Shown: piece by piece, positions 16,300 to 24,614 of the stretch
Layout: each line of letters opens with the position of its first letter
How positions within the stretch are numbered: the stretch's first letter is position 1
Source of the DNA: Candidatus Thorarchaeota archaeon
GTDB taxonomy: Archaea > Asgardarchaeota > Thorarchaeia > Thorarchaeales > Thorarchaeaceae
Reading direction: 5' to 3'
DNA: 32,000 nt
Assembly (NCBI GenBank): GCA_003345555.1
Contig: PRDJ01000035.1
Coordinates: 34,120 to 66,119 of the forward strand
Notes under the pieces: generated by a model
Databases searched by the model: none
The model's input: the letters and a program-made list of their open reading frames with translations, nothing else
Told to the model about the DNA's origin: nothing
Program-made: the position numbers and the translations under genes

Positions 16300-18942
16300 T
16301 TAGGCTTTCACATCTTTGTTCCTGTATGCTACTGGGCTTGCATCAAAGGTCTTCTTGCAGTTCGGGCTACAGAAGTAGTACCTCTTTCCCATGAAGTCAC
16401 TGTACAGCGCCGCTGTCTGGATGTCTACATCCATCTTGCATACGGGATCGATGGCGATGCCCGACTTCCTATCCTCGGATGGAAGCACCGTTGTGGCTCC
16501 CTCGCCCAATGGCCTAGGCTTGAACCTGCCAAGGAACAATGCATTCGTGACAACGCTGACGCTGGATAGCGACATGGCGAGGCCAGCATACTCTGGTCTT
16601 AGTACTAAGCCCATTAGCGGTACGAAGACACCAGCCGCTATCGGAAGCAAAGCCAAGTTGTATACGAACGCCCAGAAGAATCCTTGCTTAATCTTGGTCA
16701 TCGTCTTGCGACCGAGCTCAATGCCCGATACAACGTCCAGGAGATTGTCTTTCACAAGTACGATATCCCCGGTCTCCACTGATACGTCCGTACCTGAGCC
16801 CAAGGCAATACCGACATCGGCTTGAGCCAGAGCAGGAGCGTCATTTACGCCGTCGCCTACCATTGCCACTGTGCGTCCTTCAAGTTGGAGGCCCTTCACT
16901 TTGATTGCTTTGTCCGCAGGTAACACTTCTGCAAGAACGTTATCAATTCCAAGACTTCTCGCCACGGCTCGTGCTGTCTTCTCCTTATCCCCGCTAATCA
17001 TCCAGACATTGAGACCCATGCTACGAAGTGCTTTGACTGCCCTTGCTGAACTCTCTTTGGGTGGGTCAGCTATAGCCAGCGCGGCGAGTGGCCTGCCATC
17101 GATTGCTGAGTATACCACCGTCTTGCCCTGTTCCTCAAGCGCGTCGCTCTTGGTATCAATCTGAGAAATGTCGATGGAATTCTCCCGCATGTAATGGTCA
17201 TTTCCGATGATTATCGTGGAGCCGTCCACGGTGGCACGGACTCCTTTGCCAGAATCGGAAATGAAATCGTCAACTCGGAGAAATTCAATCTCTCTCTCTT
17301 GTGCATAACGAACGACCGCCTCAGCCAGAGGATGTGCACTATTCTTCTCCACCGATGATATCAGCTGCAATGCTTTGGTTGCATCGGTATTCGAGGCGTA
17401 GATGAGGTCTGTAACGGTAGGCTTCCCGACGGTCAGTGTTCCTGTCTTGTCGAACACGACTGTGTCAATCCTAGGAATTGCTTCGAGCCCCGCTCCCGTC
17501 TTGAAGAGTATACCCTCCTTGGCTCCTCTTCCTATCCCCACCATAATCGCCGTAGGGGTAGCCAAGCCCAGGGCACATGGACACGCGGCGACAAGGACAG
17601 CTATTGTGAAACTCAATGCTCTCACCCAACCTGCACCCATGAACACCACCCACGACACGAATGTCGCGGCTGCCAGTATTAGGACAATCGGGACGAATAC
17701 TTCTGCGATCGCGTCAGCCCTTCTCTGGATTGCAGGTTTCTGGGTCTGAGCTACCTCAACGAGCCGCACAATCTGGGACAAGACAGTGTCCTGTCCGACC
17801 TTCGTAGCTCTTATCCTGAGTGCTCCACTCCTGTTTATCGTGGCGCCGACGGCTGAGTCTCCCACATTCTTGGTGACCGGCATTGATTCTCCTGTGATCA
17901 TTGATTCATCAACAGTAGATTGTCCCTCTACAACTTCGCCATCTACTGGCACCTTGTCACCAGGTCTCACCAATATTATGTCACCGACTTCCACATCCTC
18001 AGCAGGGATTACGATCTCTTGGCCATTCCTCTCGACAATAGCTACCTGGGCTTGAAGGTTCATCAGGCTCCTGATGGCTCTCGAGGTTCGACCCTTGGCG
18101 ATGGCCTCAAGCGTCCTGCCTAGGAGAATGAATGTAATCAACAGAGCCGCAGTATCGTAGAACGTCAAGTAACCCGGTAGCACAAACGTTGCCGCTACGG
18201 AATAGAAATAGGCTGCACTAGTCCCTAGCATTATGAGCAGATCCATGTTGGTCTTGCCATGCCGAAGTACTCTGAGGCTTGACCGGTAGAAAGGATAGCC
18301 CGCGACGAATTGAATGGGGGTCGTCAAGATGAATAGCACAAAGTCTGCAGACACCCCTGGGGGTATGAATGGAATCAACACTCCAAGCATGATCAACAGC
18401 ACTGGGACAGTCAAGACTGTGGCAAAGGCCAGCAAGCCCGAATAGTAGTGAACTTCCCTCTCTCTTGCCAACGACTCTCTATCAACACGTGAGGTACTAG
18501 TGTCCACTATGCTGTAACCTAGCTCCTTGAGTGCTCGTTTGACAATCTTGGACGTAACCAAATCCTCGTCGTACTCAACAAGAAGGCGTCCGCTGTCCTC
18601 ATAATTCCTTACACTGATAACGCCGTCAAGATTCTTGATCCTCTCTGAGATGGGCTGCCATTCTTCTCGCTGAGGATGAGGATTAAGAGTCAGAGTCATG
18701 GCCGGCCTTCTTGCGCGATATCCTGTCGAGTTGACTGCTTCCTCCAATGTTCGACGATCTACCTTGCCTGCCTCGTATTCAACTACAGCTTTCTCATCCA
18801 GTAGACTCACGGCCGCACTGACGACACCTTCCTGTTTGAGAAGCGACTTCTCGACGGTCGCCACACAGGATGCGCAGTGCATCCCCTCTATCTTCAGTGA
18901 CATTCGCGATTTGGTCGCTGACTCGCGCGATTCAGTACTCAA
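16300..18942 (-). CDS. copA: Cu(I)-translocating P1B-type ATPase with HMA, degenerate HMA and C-terminal YHS/TRASH domains
   Basis: [40 protein letters not shown], and YN and MSLSS Cu(I)-type TM motifs. C-terminal DPVCKM...[15 protein letters not shown] start with GGTGG upstream (ATG 18903 is an alternative). Confidence 0.93.
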   Translation of the reverse strand: MSTESRESATKSRMSLKIEGMHCASCVATVEKSLLKQEGVVSAAVSLLDEKAVVEYEAGKVDRRTLEEAVNSTGYRARRPAMTLTLNPHPQREEWQPISERIKNLDGVISVRNYEDSGRLLVEYDEDLVTSKIVKRALKELGYSIVDTSTSRVDRESLAREREVHYYSGLLAFATVLTVPVLLIMLGVLIPFIPPGVSADFVLFILTTPIQFVAGYPFYRSSLRVLRHGKTNMDLLIMLGTSAAYFYSVAATFVLPGYLTFYDTAALLITFILLGRTLEAIAKGRTSRAIRSLMNLQAQVAIVERNGQEIVIPAEDVEVGDIILVRPGDKVPVDGEVVEGQSTVDESMITGESMPVTKNVGDSAVGATINRSGALRIRATKVGQDTVLSQIVRLVEVAQTQKPAIQRRADAIAEVFVPIVLILAAATFVSWVVFMGAGWVRALSFTIAVLVAACPCALGLATPTAIMVGIGRGAKEGILFKTGAGLEAIPRIDTVVFDKTGTLTVGKPTVTDLIYASNTDATKALQLISSVEKNSAHPLAEAVVRYAQEREIEFLRVDDFISDSGKGVRATVDGSTIIIGNDHYMRENSIDISQIDTKSDALEEQGKTVVYSAIDGRPLAALAIADPPKESSARAVKALRSMGLNVWMISGDKEKTARAVARSLGIDNVLAEVLPADKAIKVKGLQLEGRTVAMVGDGVNDAPALAQADVGIALGSGTDVSVETGDIVLVKDNLLDVVSGIELGRKTMTKIKQGFFWAFVYNLALLPIAAGVFVPLMGLVLRPEYAGLAMSLSSVSVVTNALFLGRFKPRPLGEGATTVLPSEDRKSGIAIDPVCKMDVDIQTAALYSDFMGKRYYFCSPNCKKTFDASPVAYRNKDVKA

Positions 18943-19045
18943 CGTAGACCACCCTTCTTCGGCTGTATGTTCACTATTGTTAACGCGGTCAACTAATAAG
19001 CATTCGGATATGTCACACAGACCAGCAAATCATCGAGGCACCGTG

Positions 19046-19630
19046 TCAGCCCACGAACAGGTCACTTTCTCCACTTTCGGCCAGCTTCATCATTCGCAGC
19101 AGCTCTGTGAATGTATGTTGTATATTCTCACCTGTCTTAGCTGATGTCTCGATAAAGTAGGCCGGCACATTGAGCTTGGCTTTGAAATACTCCGCAAACT
19201 TCCGGCCTTCGTCAGGAGTCACACTGTCCTTTGCCGGGGTTCGTGGTCGGAGGTCCACTTTGTTACCTACTATGACGGTGGGCGGCAACGGCCCCATGTT
19301 GCGGTAGGCTTCCACGAGCCATTTGGAAGCGTTCTCGAATGATCTTCGGTCGACCACAGAGTACACCAAGATGATTCCATTGCAGCCATGATAGTAGTGG
19401 CCTCTGACTTTCTCGAATGTAGGTTGCCCGGCCAAATCCCATATTATGAACTTCACGACTTCGTCCTCGAAGAGTATTCGCTTTGTCGCAAGGTCAACTC
19501 CTATGGTTGCGATATGACCCTCGATGAAGTCCTCTCCTAGGTAATTGCGCCGCATGCTGGTCTTGCCTACGGCACCATCTCCTATGAGAACTGCCTTCAG
19601 AATCCTGCTGCCGTCGTCTTGGTCCTTCAT
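19046..19630 (-). CDS. Ras-superfamily small GTPase, Rab-like
   Basis: G1 GDGAVGKT, G2 ATIG, G3 WDLAGQ, G4 NKVD, G5 SAK. RabF-like IGVDL, KFIIW, YYHGC and LVYSV. No C-terminal Cys. Confidence 0.92.
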   Translation of the reverse strand: MKDQDDGSRILKAVLIGDGAVGKTSMRRNYLGEDFIEGHIATIGVDLATKRILFEDEVVKFIIWDLAGQPTFEKVRGHYYHGCNGIILVYSVVDRRSFENASKWLVEAYRNMGPLPPTVIVGNKVDLRPRTPAKDSVTPDEGRKFAEYFKAKLNVPAYFIETSAKTGENIQHTFTELLRMMKLAESGESDLFVG

Positions 19631-19800
19631 TGGTTATCATCGTCGCTTTGCGGGGCGCGTTTTTTGACTTTGGTTACTATGTCACACGTTGTCGGCTCAG
19701 TCATATCTCTTGCTGAACAGCTGCGTCCTTAATCCCCGGCGGTACACGATTGTGATGGGACACCATATGGATAAGATAAGCTTACTGGACTGCCCCGAAA

Positions 19801-21042
19801 TCACGATTCCGGCTCGCCTAGAGCCACTTCTAGGGTTCTCTTCATTGCGCGAGGTCTCACTTGGCCTACTTTGATGCTGTCACAATTGTGGAAATCTGCG
19901 AATTCTCTCAATCCGTTTGCGAGCCGACCTGCAAGTCCCGCTGTGCTTTCCTCTGACTTCTCAAGATATAGCGACTTCAGCTCGAGAGTGCTTTCTTTCC
20001 GGTGTGCTTTGGCGTCAACTCCACCAACGAACCTCAATCCGTCGAGAATGGGAAGCACGTAGTATCCCAACGTCCTTTTCTCTTGAGGAACGAATGCTTC
20101 CATTTTGTAGTCAAAGCCCCATAGTGTTCTCGGCAGATGACGTTCGCGAACAACGTTGTCAAAGGGGCTAAGGAGCTTGATAGGCGCCTCTTCCTCTGGT
20201 TCTTTCGTGACCTTGTTAATCTCTTTGAGCTTCGAATTCAGCATGAAATACCGTTGCTCTATGCCTTCTATGGACACTTCCTCGACGAACCCCTCATCAA
20301 GTAAAGTAACGAGAAACTTCTCGATCTCGGTCTTCTTTCCTTTCCAAAGAATGCGGGCGGGAAACCTGCCGCGATAAAGCCTCAGGTCCTCGGCCGATGC
20401 AAGCCCGAGAGATGACAGGGTAGTGGACGCCACAAAACGCGGCACCTCGTCTTCGGGCATCGGTTCCTGACTCACGCGGGGCGGGAGTACCCTCTCAGTG
20501 AGGTCATAGTACTTCTGGAAACCTTCTCTGTAGGCGATCATGAGGCGACCAGTATAGTAGAGGTATTCGAGCGCCGTCTTTTCGTTTTTCCAGTCCCACC
20601 AGCCGCTACTTCTTTCACTCCTGCCTCCGAAGTCCGAACTCGACATAGCTCCGTCTTTCTTGATTCTATCGTACACCGAATCAAGTATCTCCCTTTTCTT
20701 GACAGCCCAACTTGCCATTGAGCCCCAAGTCTTGTCGGTGTATCTGGTCCTCGCCCAAGTGCAGTAAGGATAGGCCTCTATGGGTAGAAGACACATCATG
20801 TGATCCCAGTACTCAAACAGGTCACCTTTTCTCTCCCATTTCCAGACTTCATCAGTCTTGTATCCAGACAAACGATTGCGTATTATCAGGTCATGACTTC
20901 TTGCTACAACGGAGATAGTGTCAATCTGGACATTCTGGATCCGGCGTACAGTGTCTACTACCGACTTTGAGGGTCTTCGCGTTCTGAGTCCTTGAGCATG
21001 CAAGATGAACTTGCGAGCTTCTTCAACGGTCAGCTCAAGCAT
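19801..21042 (-). CDS. YcaQ-type (AlkZ/YcaQ, HTH_42) DNA glycosylase, candidate crosslink/alkylation repair enzyme
   Basis: VQIDTISVVARSH (QxD motif of the YcaQ branch), FEYW.H..CLLP, GWWDWK..K.ALE, YDLTERVLP, LLSPFDN, YVLPIL. Confidence 0.88.
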   Translation of the reverse strand: MLELTVEEARKFILHAQGLRTRRPSKSVVDTVRRIQNVQIDTISVVARSHDLIIRNRLSGYKTDEVWKWERKGDLFEYWDHMMCLLPIEAYPYCTWARTRYTDKTWGSMASWAVKKREILDSVYDRIKKDGAMSSSDFGGRSERSSGWWDWKNEKTALEYLYYTGRLMIAYREGFQKYYDLTERVLPPRVSQEPMPEDEVPRFVASTTLSSLGLASAEDLRLYRGRFPARILWKGKKTEIEKFLVTLLDEGFVEEVSIEGIEQRYFMLNSKLKEINKVTKEPEEEAPIKLLSPFDNVVRERHLPRTLWGFDYKMEAFVPQEKRTLGYYVLPILDGLRFVGGVDAKAHRKESTLELKSLYLEKSEESTAGLAGRLANGLREFADFHNCDSIKVGQVRPRAMKRTLEVALGEPES

Positions 21043-21120
21043 GTTCTTGATTGAGTGTGAGAGGACTATTCGGTTTTTCTGTTGGTAGTCTTAGGGCGGT
21101 CGGACCTAACCCAGCAGATG

Positions 21121-22404
21121 CTAGTGGAGAAGCAACGTCAGCATCAGAATCCATCCAGTGCCAATGACCATCATCAGCAGCGCTATTGGCATTGCCGCTT
21201 TCGCAAAACCCCGCATCCCTATCGGATTCTCTTCAGCTTCAGATAATGCGAGGGCGATTACGTTCGCCGGAGAGCCTATTGGTAGAATAAAGGCGCCGAC
21301 ATTGACGCCAAACACAAGCGCAAGAGGAGGCATTGGACCCGCGGTTGCAGCCTCAACAGCCAATGGGGCAAGTAGAGCCGCTATTGGCACGTTATCGATT
21401 ACTGACGATAGCAGGCCCGGAATCCAAATCATGAAGAGCGTGACACTGACTGCTCCGCCGCTGATGAATGCGTCTGCCCAGTTGGCTATGTCCGCGAGTA
21501 CGCCAGTCGCCTCAAGTGCGGCGACAATCCCAAAAATCCCTATTACGAAGAACACAGTGCCCCACCCAACCTCGCGCAAAACCCTGTCCACATCGTGCTC
21601 CGTCAATAGGAGCATGATTGCCGCGATTGTTATCGACACTAAGCTTGCTTCCAACCCCTCGGCAACGCCTACTGTGAAAGCCAATATGAGGGCAATCATC
21701 GCTATGATGGACATGTAGAACTCAATTCTCGAACGAATGAGAGTCGTCGGGTCAATCTTGAACAGTTCTTCTGCTGTGGCCTTGTTGCTTGCAGTTAGGG
21801 AGTTTCTATAGAAGCGACGGAGCAAAGGCAGCGATACAATGAGGAGAATGAAAGACAGAGGCATCAAGGTAACAAACTGGAATCCCGGGTTGATTCCTGT
21901 TGCAGTCGCTACAACTAGATTCGGCACGTCACCCACGACGGAAGGTATAGAAGCGAAGTTTGCGACTATGGCCTCGGAAACAAGGAAGGCCTTGATGTCG
22001 AGGTCTAGTGCCCTGCACAACTCAATCGTAATTGGCCCGACTATTAGCATCGTGGATGTTGTGTCGAAGAATAGGGAGATGAAAAACACGAAAACCAAGA
22101 ATGTCGTAAACAATCGAGGTGGGTTGCCGCCGCTAGGGAGGGCCATCCTGAGGGCAATATACTGATACATGCCCGAGGCACGAGATATGCCAACAATAAT
22201 CATCTGACCCGTTATGAATAACACAGTGTACCATCCAATGCGTTCAGTCAACGCTTGGAATGAGCTCACGTGTGCTGCCCAGAGAATCAAAGCGACAATC
22301 CCCATACCCGTAAGCGACATTGCAGTCCTGTTGACTCTCTCACTTGTTATTGCACTGTAGGTAACAATGAACACTAATACGACAAGTCCGCCGACTAGAT
22401 CCAT
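21121..22404 (-). CDS. ArsB/NhaD/P-protein (SLC13/IT superfamily)-type permease, paralog 3
   Basis: SGMYQY, FDTTST, NFASIPSVVGDVPN, IDNVP, NVGAFILPIGSPAN. Start at ATG 22404 has GAGG upstream (22413 is an alternative). Confidence 0.87.
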   Translation of the reverse strand: MDLVGGLVVLVFIVTYSAITSERVNRTAMSLTGMGIVALILWAAHVSSFQALTERIGWYTVLFITGQMIIVGISRASGMYQYIALRMALPSGGNPPRLFTTFLVFVFFISLFFDTTSTMLIVGPITIELCRALDLDIKAFLVSEAIVANFASIPSVVGDVPNLVVATATGINPGFQFVTLMPLSFILLIVSLPLLRRFYRNSLTASNKATAEELFKIDPTTLIRSRIEFYMSIIAMIALILAFTVGVAEGLEASLVSITIAAIMLLLTEHDVDRVLREVGWGTVFFVIGIFGIVAALEATGVLADIANWADAFISGGAVSVTLFMIWIPGLLSSVIDNVPIAALLAPLAVEAATAGPMPPLALVFGVNVGAFILPIGSPANVIALALSEAEENPIGMRGFAKAAMPIALLMMVIGTGWILMLTLLLH

Positions 22405-22651
22405 AGGATGCATTCCTCGTTCTGTGCTCTTGTGAATGGCCTTGACAGTGTGTCCCAGTCAGGATGCGGAGTATGGCAAGCTATGCAGATGGGTTCACCC
22501 TATTAACTTCCGCGGATGCAATTCGTACTGAGCTGTTCTTCTCCAGAGCTTGAAGCAATATCAGTTCGTCCCACCAGCGTCAGTGAAAGCTGTCATCGAG
22601 CTCATGCGGGCAAGAGAGATATGCCGCTTCTTGTGCAACTGACCATGCAAG

Positions 22652-23392
22652 ATGATCGGCCTTTACTTTGGCGTGCTCACAAGCCTTGACACGGTTGTCG
22701 CTATACTCACAGGCGCGGCTGCATCTATCGTAGTCGGGATTGCTCATTGGGTTTCAAAGAAGGGCGGTCCACGATGGGTCGGCCGGAAGCTAGTCCACAT
22801 GGTAATGGGCACGATTATCGCTCTCACTCTCGTGGTGTACTCGAATCTGAGCGGGCCAATCTTCGCGACCGCTCTCTTTATGATAGTTCTATTCTGCTTA
22901 TCGTTCTACGACAAGGATATCATTTCACACTTGTTGGCTGCAGGCACCAGAGAGTCAGGGAGCACATTCGGAACGTTCTTTGCCGGCTTTGCTGGTCTCG
23001 TGTCGTTTGCTGTTGTGTTCCTTGTATTTTACGTCCGGCCTGAGATATTTGTCGCGGCGATTCTTGCTGTGTCGTGGGGTGACGCCTCAGGAGAGGTTTT
23101 TGGCAGAACTCTGGGCGGCAGTCTGATTAGGAAGCGATTTCGGGGAAAATCCATTGAGGGCAGCGCGGCAGTATTTGCCTTCTCTGCATTGTCACTAATC
23201 GTAGCCATGCTTCTCCATTCCGTCGACACACAACCCTTCTTGGTATTGCCCGAAATCCTTGTCGTCGCGCTTGTTGTTTCTGTGGTTGAAGCTGTGAGCG
23301 TCGGCTGGACAGATAACTTCCTAGTTCCCTTGACCACAGCCTTTCTGACTTGGTTCCTGATCTTTCCCACGACCCCGTTGCTGCTGCCATGA
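22652..23392 (+). CDS. CTP-dependent polyprenol kinase (phytol/dolichol kinase-like, cytidylyltransferase fold)
   Basis: RKLVH, GDASGEVFGR, KSIEGS and E....DNF.VP motifs in a multi-TM protein. Confidence 0.82.
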   Translation: MIGLYFGVLTSLDTVVAILTGAAASIVVGIAHWVSKKGGPRWVGRKLVHMVMGTIIALTLVVYSNLSGPIFATALFMIVLFCLSFYDKDIISHLLAAGTRESGSTFGTFFAGFAGLVSFAVVFLVFYVRPEIFVAAILAVSWGDASGEVFGRTLGGSLIRKRFRGKSIEGSAAVFAFSALSLIVAMLLHSVDTQPFLVLPEILVVALVVSVVEAVSVGWTDNFLVPLTTAFLTWFLIFPTTPLLLP

Positions 23393-23412
23393 CTGGCACG
23401 GCTGGACGGCTT

Positions 23413-24357
23413 CTATTTCCAGTCGCTATATCTCATAATGCCCGACTCGCCTAGCTCGCAAACAAGCTTGAGTTCGCTCAATACACTAGTCCAACCAATA
23501 TCGTATCCGACGATGTCTTCGGGCTGTCGAAAGTCATGGTGATGGAGATTGACCACAGTGTAATCCTCTGCAGGGTCGAACCTGACGTTGACTATGGTTT
23601 CTGATTCGTCCTCGTATACCCATGAGAACTCGATTTCCTTGTCGGGGACTAGCTTCCTGAATAGCACGGGACCTCGGCCTTCTGCCCACCAGGTGTAGAT
23701 GCCTGCGTATTGTGGGTCTACCTTAGGCTTGGGTGCGCGAACGAAGTGACGGAGCTTCTCAGGGTTGGTCCAGACATCAAATGGCAGAGAAGGCGGTGCC
23801 CGTATCAGCACACTCTGTCTCACCTCTTTGGGATCGTAACGGGTGATTCTCAGAGGGCGATAATCAGAGTAATCAAAACGCACGGCGGGCTCTCCCAGTT
23901 CAGTAACCGACTTGAAGTTCGCCAACAGCACGTTCCAGTGTTCTGGCAGGTATAGTCTGCTTGCAGAAAGAGGGATGGCCCCATGTTTGACTTCGATTAA
24001 CGTACCTTTCGCCAGCTCGCTGAATCTCAATACGAAGAGAGTCTCTACACCCATTATGCTCCAGCTGCAAAGGATGGCTTTGTTCTGAGAGAACTCGGTA
24101 ATGGTCCAAGTGTCCTCGATTTCGGAGTTAGTCGGAGCATTCTTCCCCCGGAATGTGATGAAACCCCCCTTTTTCGTGTCCGAGGTAATCTCGTTGCCCA
24201 GCCACTGTACCATCCTCACCGGATCTAGGAATGTATTCCATACTTCTGGAACTGGCTTAGAAATGTGGGCAGTAATCCTTACTACCGGGAGCACAGGTTC
24301 TTCGTCGTTACCAGGCACGGTCCTACTCCTCCACAAGTTCTGATTTGCCGAGGCCAC
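23413..24357 (-). CDS. Protein with two tandem SRPBCC/AHSA1 (START-like) domains
   Basis: Unit 1: I.KPVPEVWNTFLDP..MVQW...GT.IEVKHG..W..LL. Unit 2: LIRAPP..PFDVWTNPEKL...IEFSW...T.VNLHH..GW..VLSELK. Confidence 0.8.
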   Translation of the reverse strand: MASANQNLWRSRTVPGNDEEPVLPVVRITAHISKPVPEVWNTFLDPVRMVQWLGNEITSDTKKGGFITFRGKNAPTNSEIEDTWTITEFSQNKAILCSWSIMGVETLFVLRFSELAKGTLIEVKHGAIPLSASRLYLPEHWNVLLANFKSVTELGEPAVRFDYSDYRPLRITRYDPKEVRQSVLIRAPPSLPFDVWTNPEKLRHFVRAPKPKVDPQYAGIYTWWAEGRGPVLFRKLVPDKEIEFSWVYEDESETIVNVRFDPAEDYTVVNLHHHDFRQPEDIVGYDIGWTSVLSELKLVCELGESGIMRYSDWK

Positions 24358-24614
24358 TTATCTACGTGACAAAGACGAGTACCCTAGCTTGAATCAGGCT
24401 TTATTGACTGCTTTTCTTACACAAAACACTTTCTGCGGTAAGGCCTTTCTCGATGGCACCGAGTGCCGTCAAGCCATCCCTTCTCCAATATGACGCGACT
24501 TGTTCGTTATAGACCTACCCGCCGCAAGCACAACAGACAAGTACGCTTGCGATAATTGGTCTTGGCGCATCATTTCACTTGAGATTCTCAGTATGCGCCG
24601 AGGTTCTCAGACAA

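Noticed and set aside
18978-18992. Imperfect palindrome GTTAAC-GCG-GTCAAC upstream of copA as a copper-regulator operator
   Set aside because: Only 5/6 arm match, no regulator gene nearby, and no consensus I can match it to.
22621-22689. Short ORF MPLLVQLTMQDD.. overlapping the kinase start, suggesting a frameshifted N-terminus
   Set aside because: The downstream ORF already has all kinase motifs and its own ATG. A frameshift cannot be supported without homolog alignment or reads.
24452-24470. Hairpin GATGGCAC-cga-GTGCCGTC containing GGCACCGAGT, resembling a tracrRNA 3' end
   Set aside because: Only a 10-nt coincidence; no cas genes, repeats or other scaffold elements are present.
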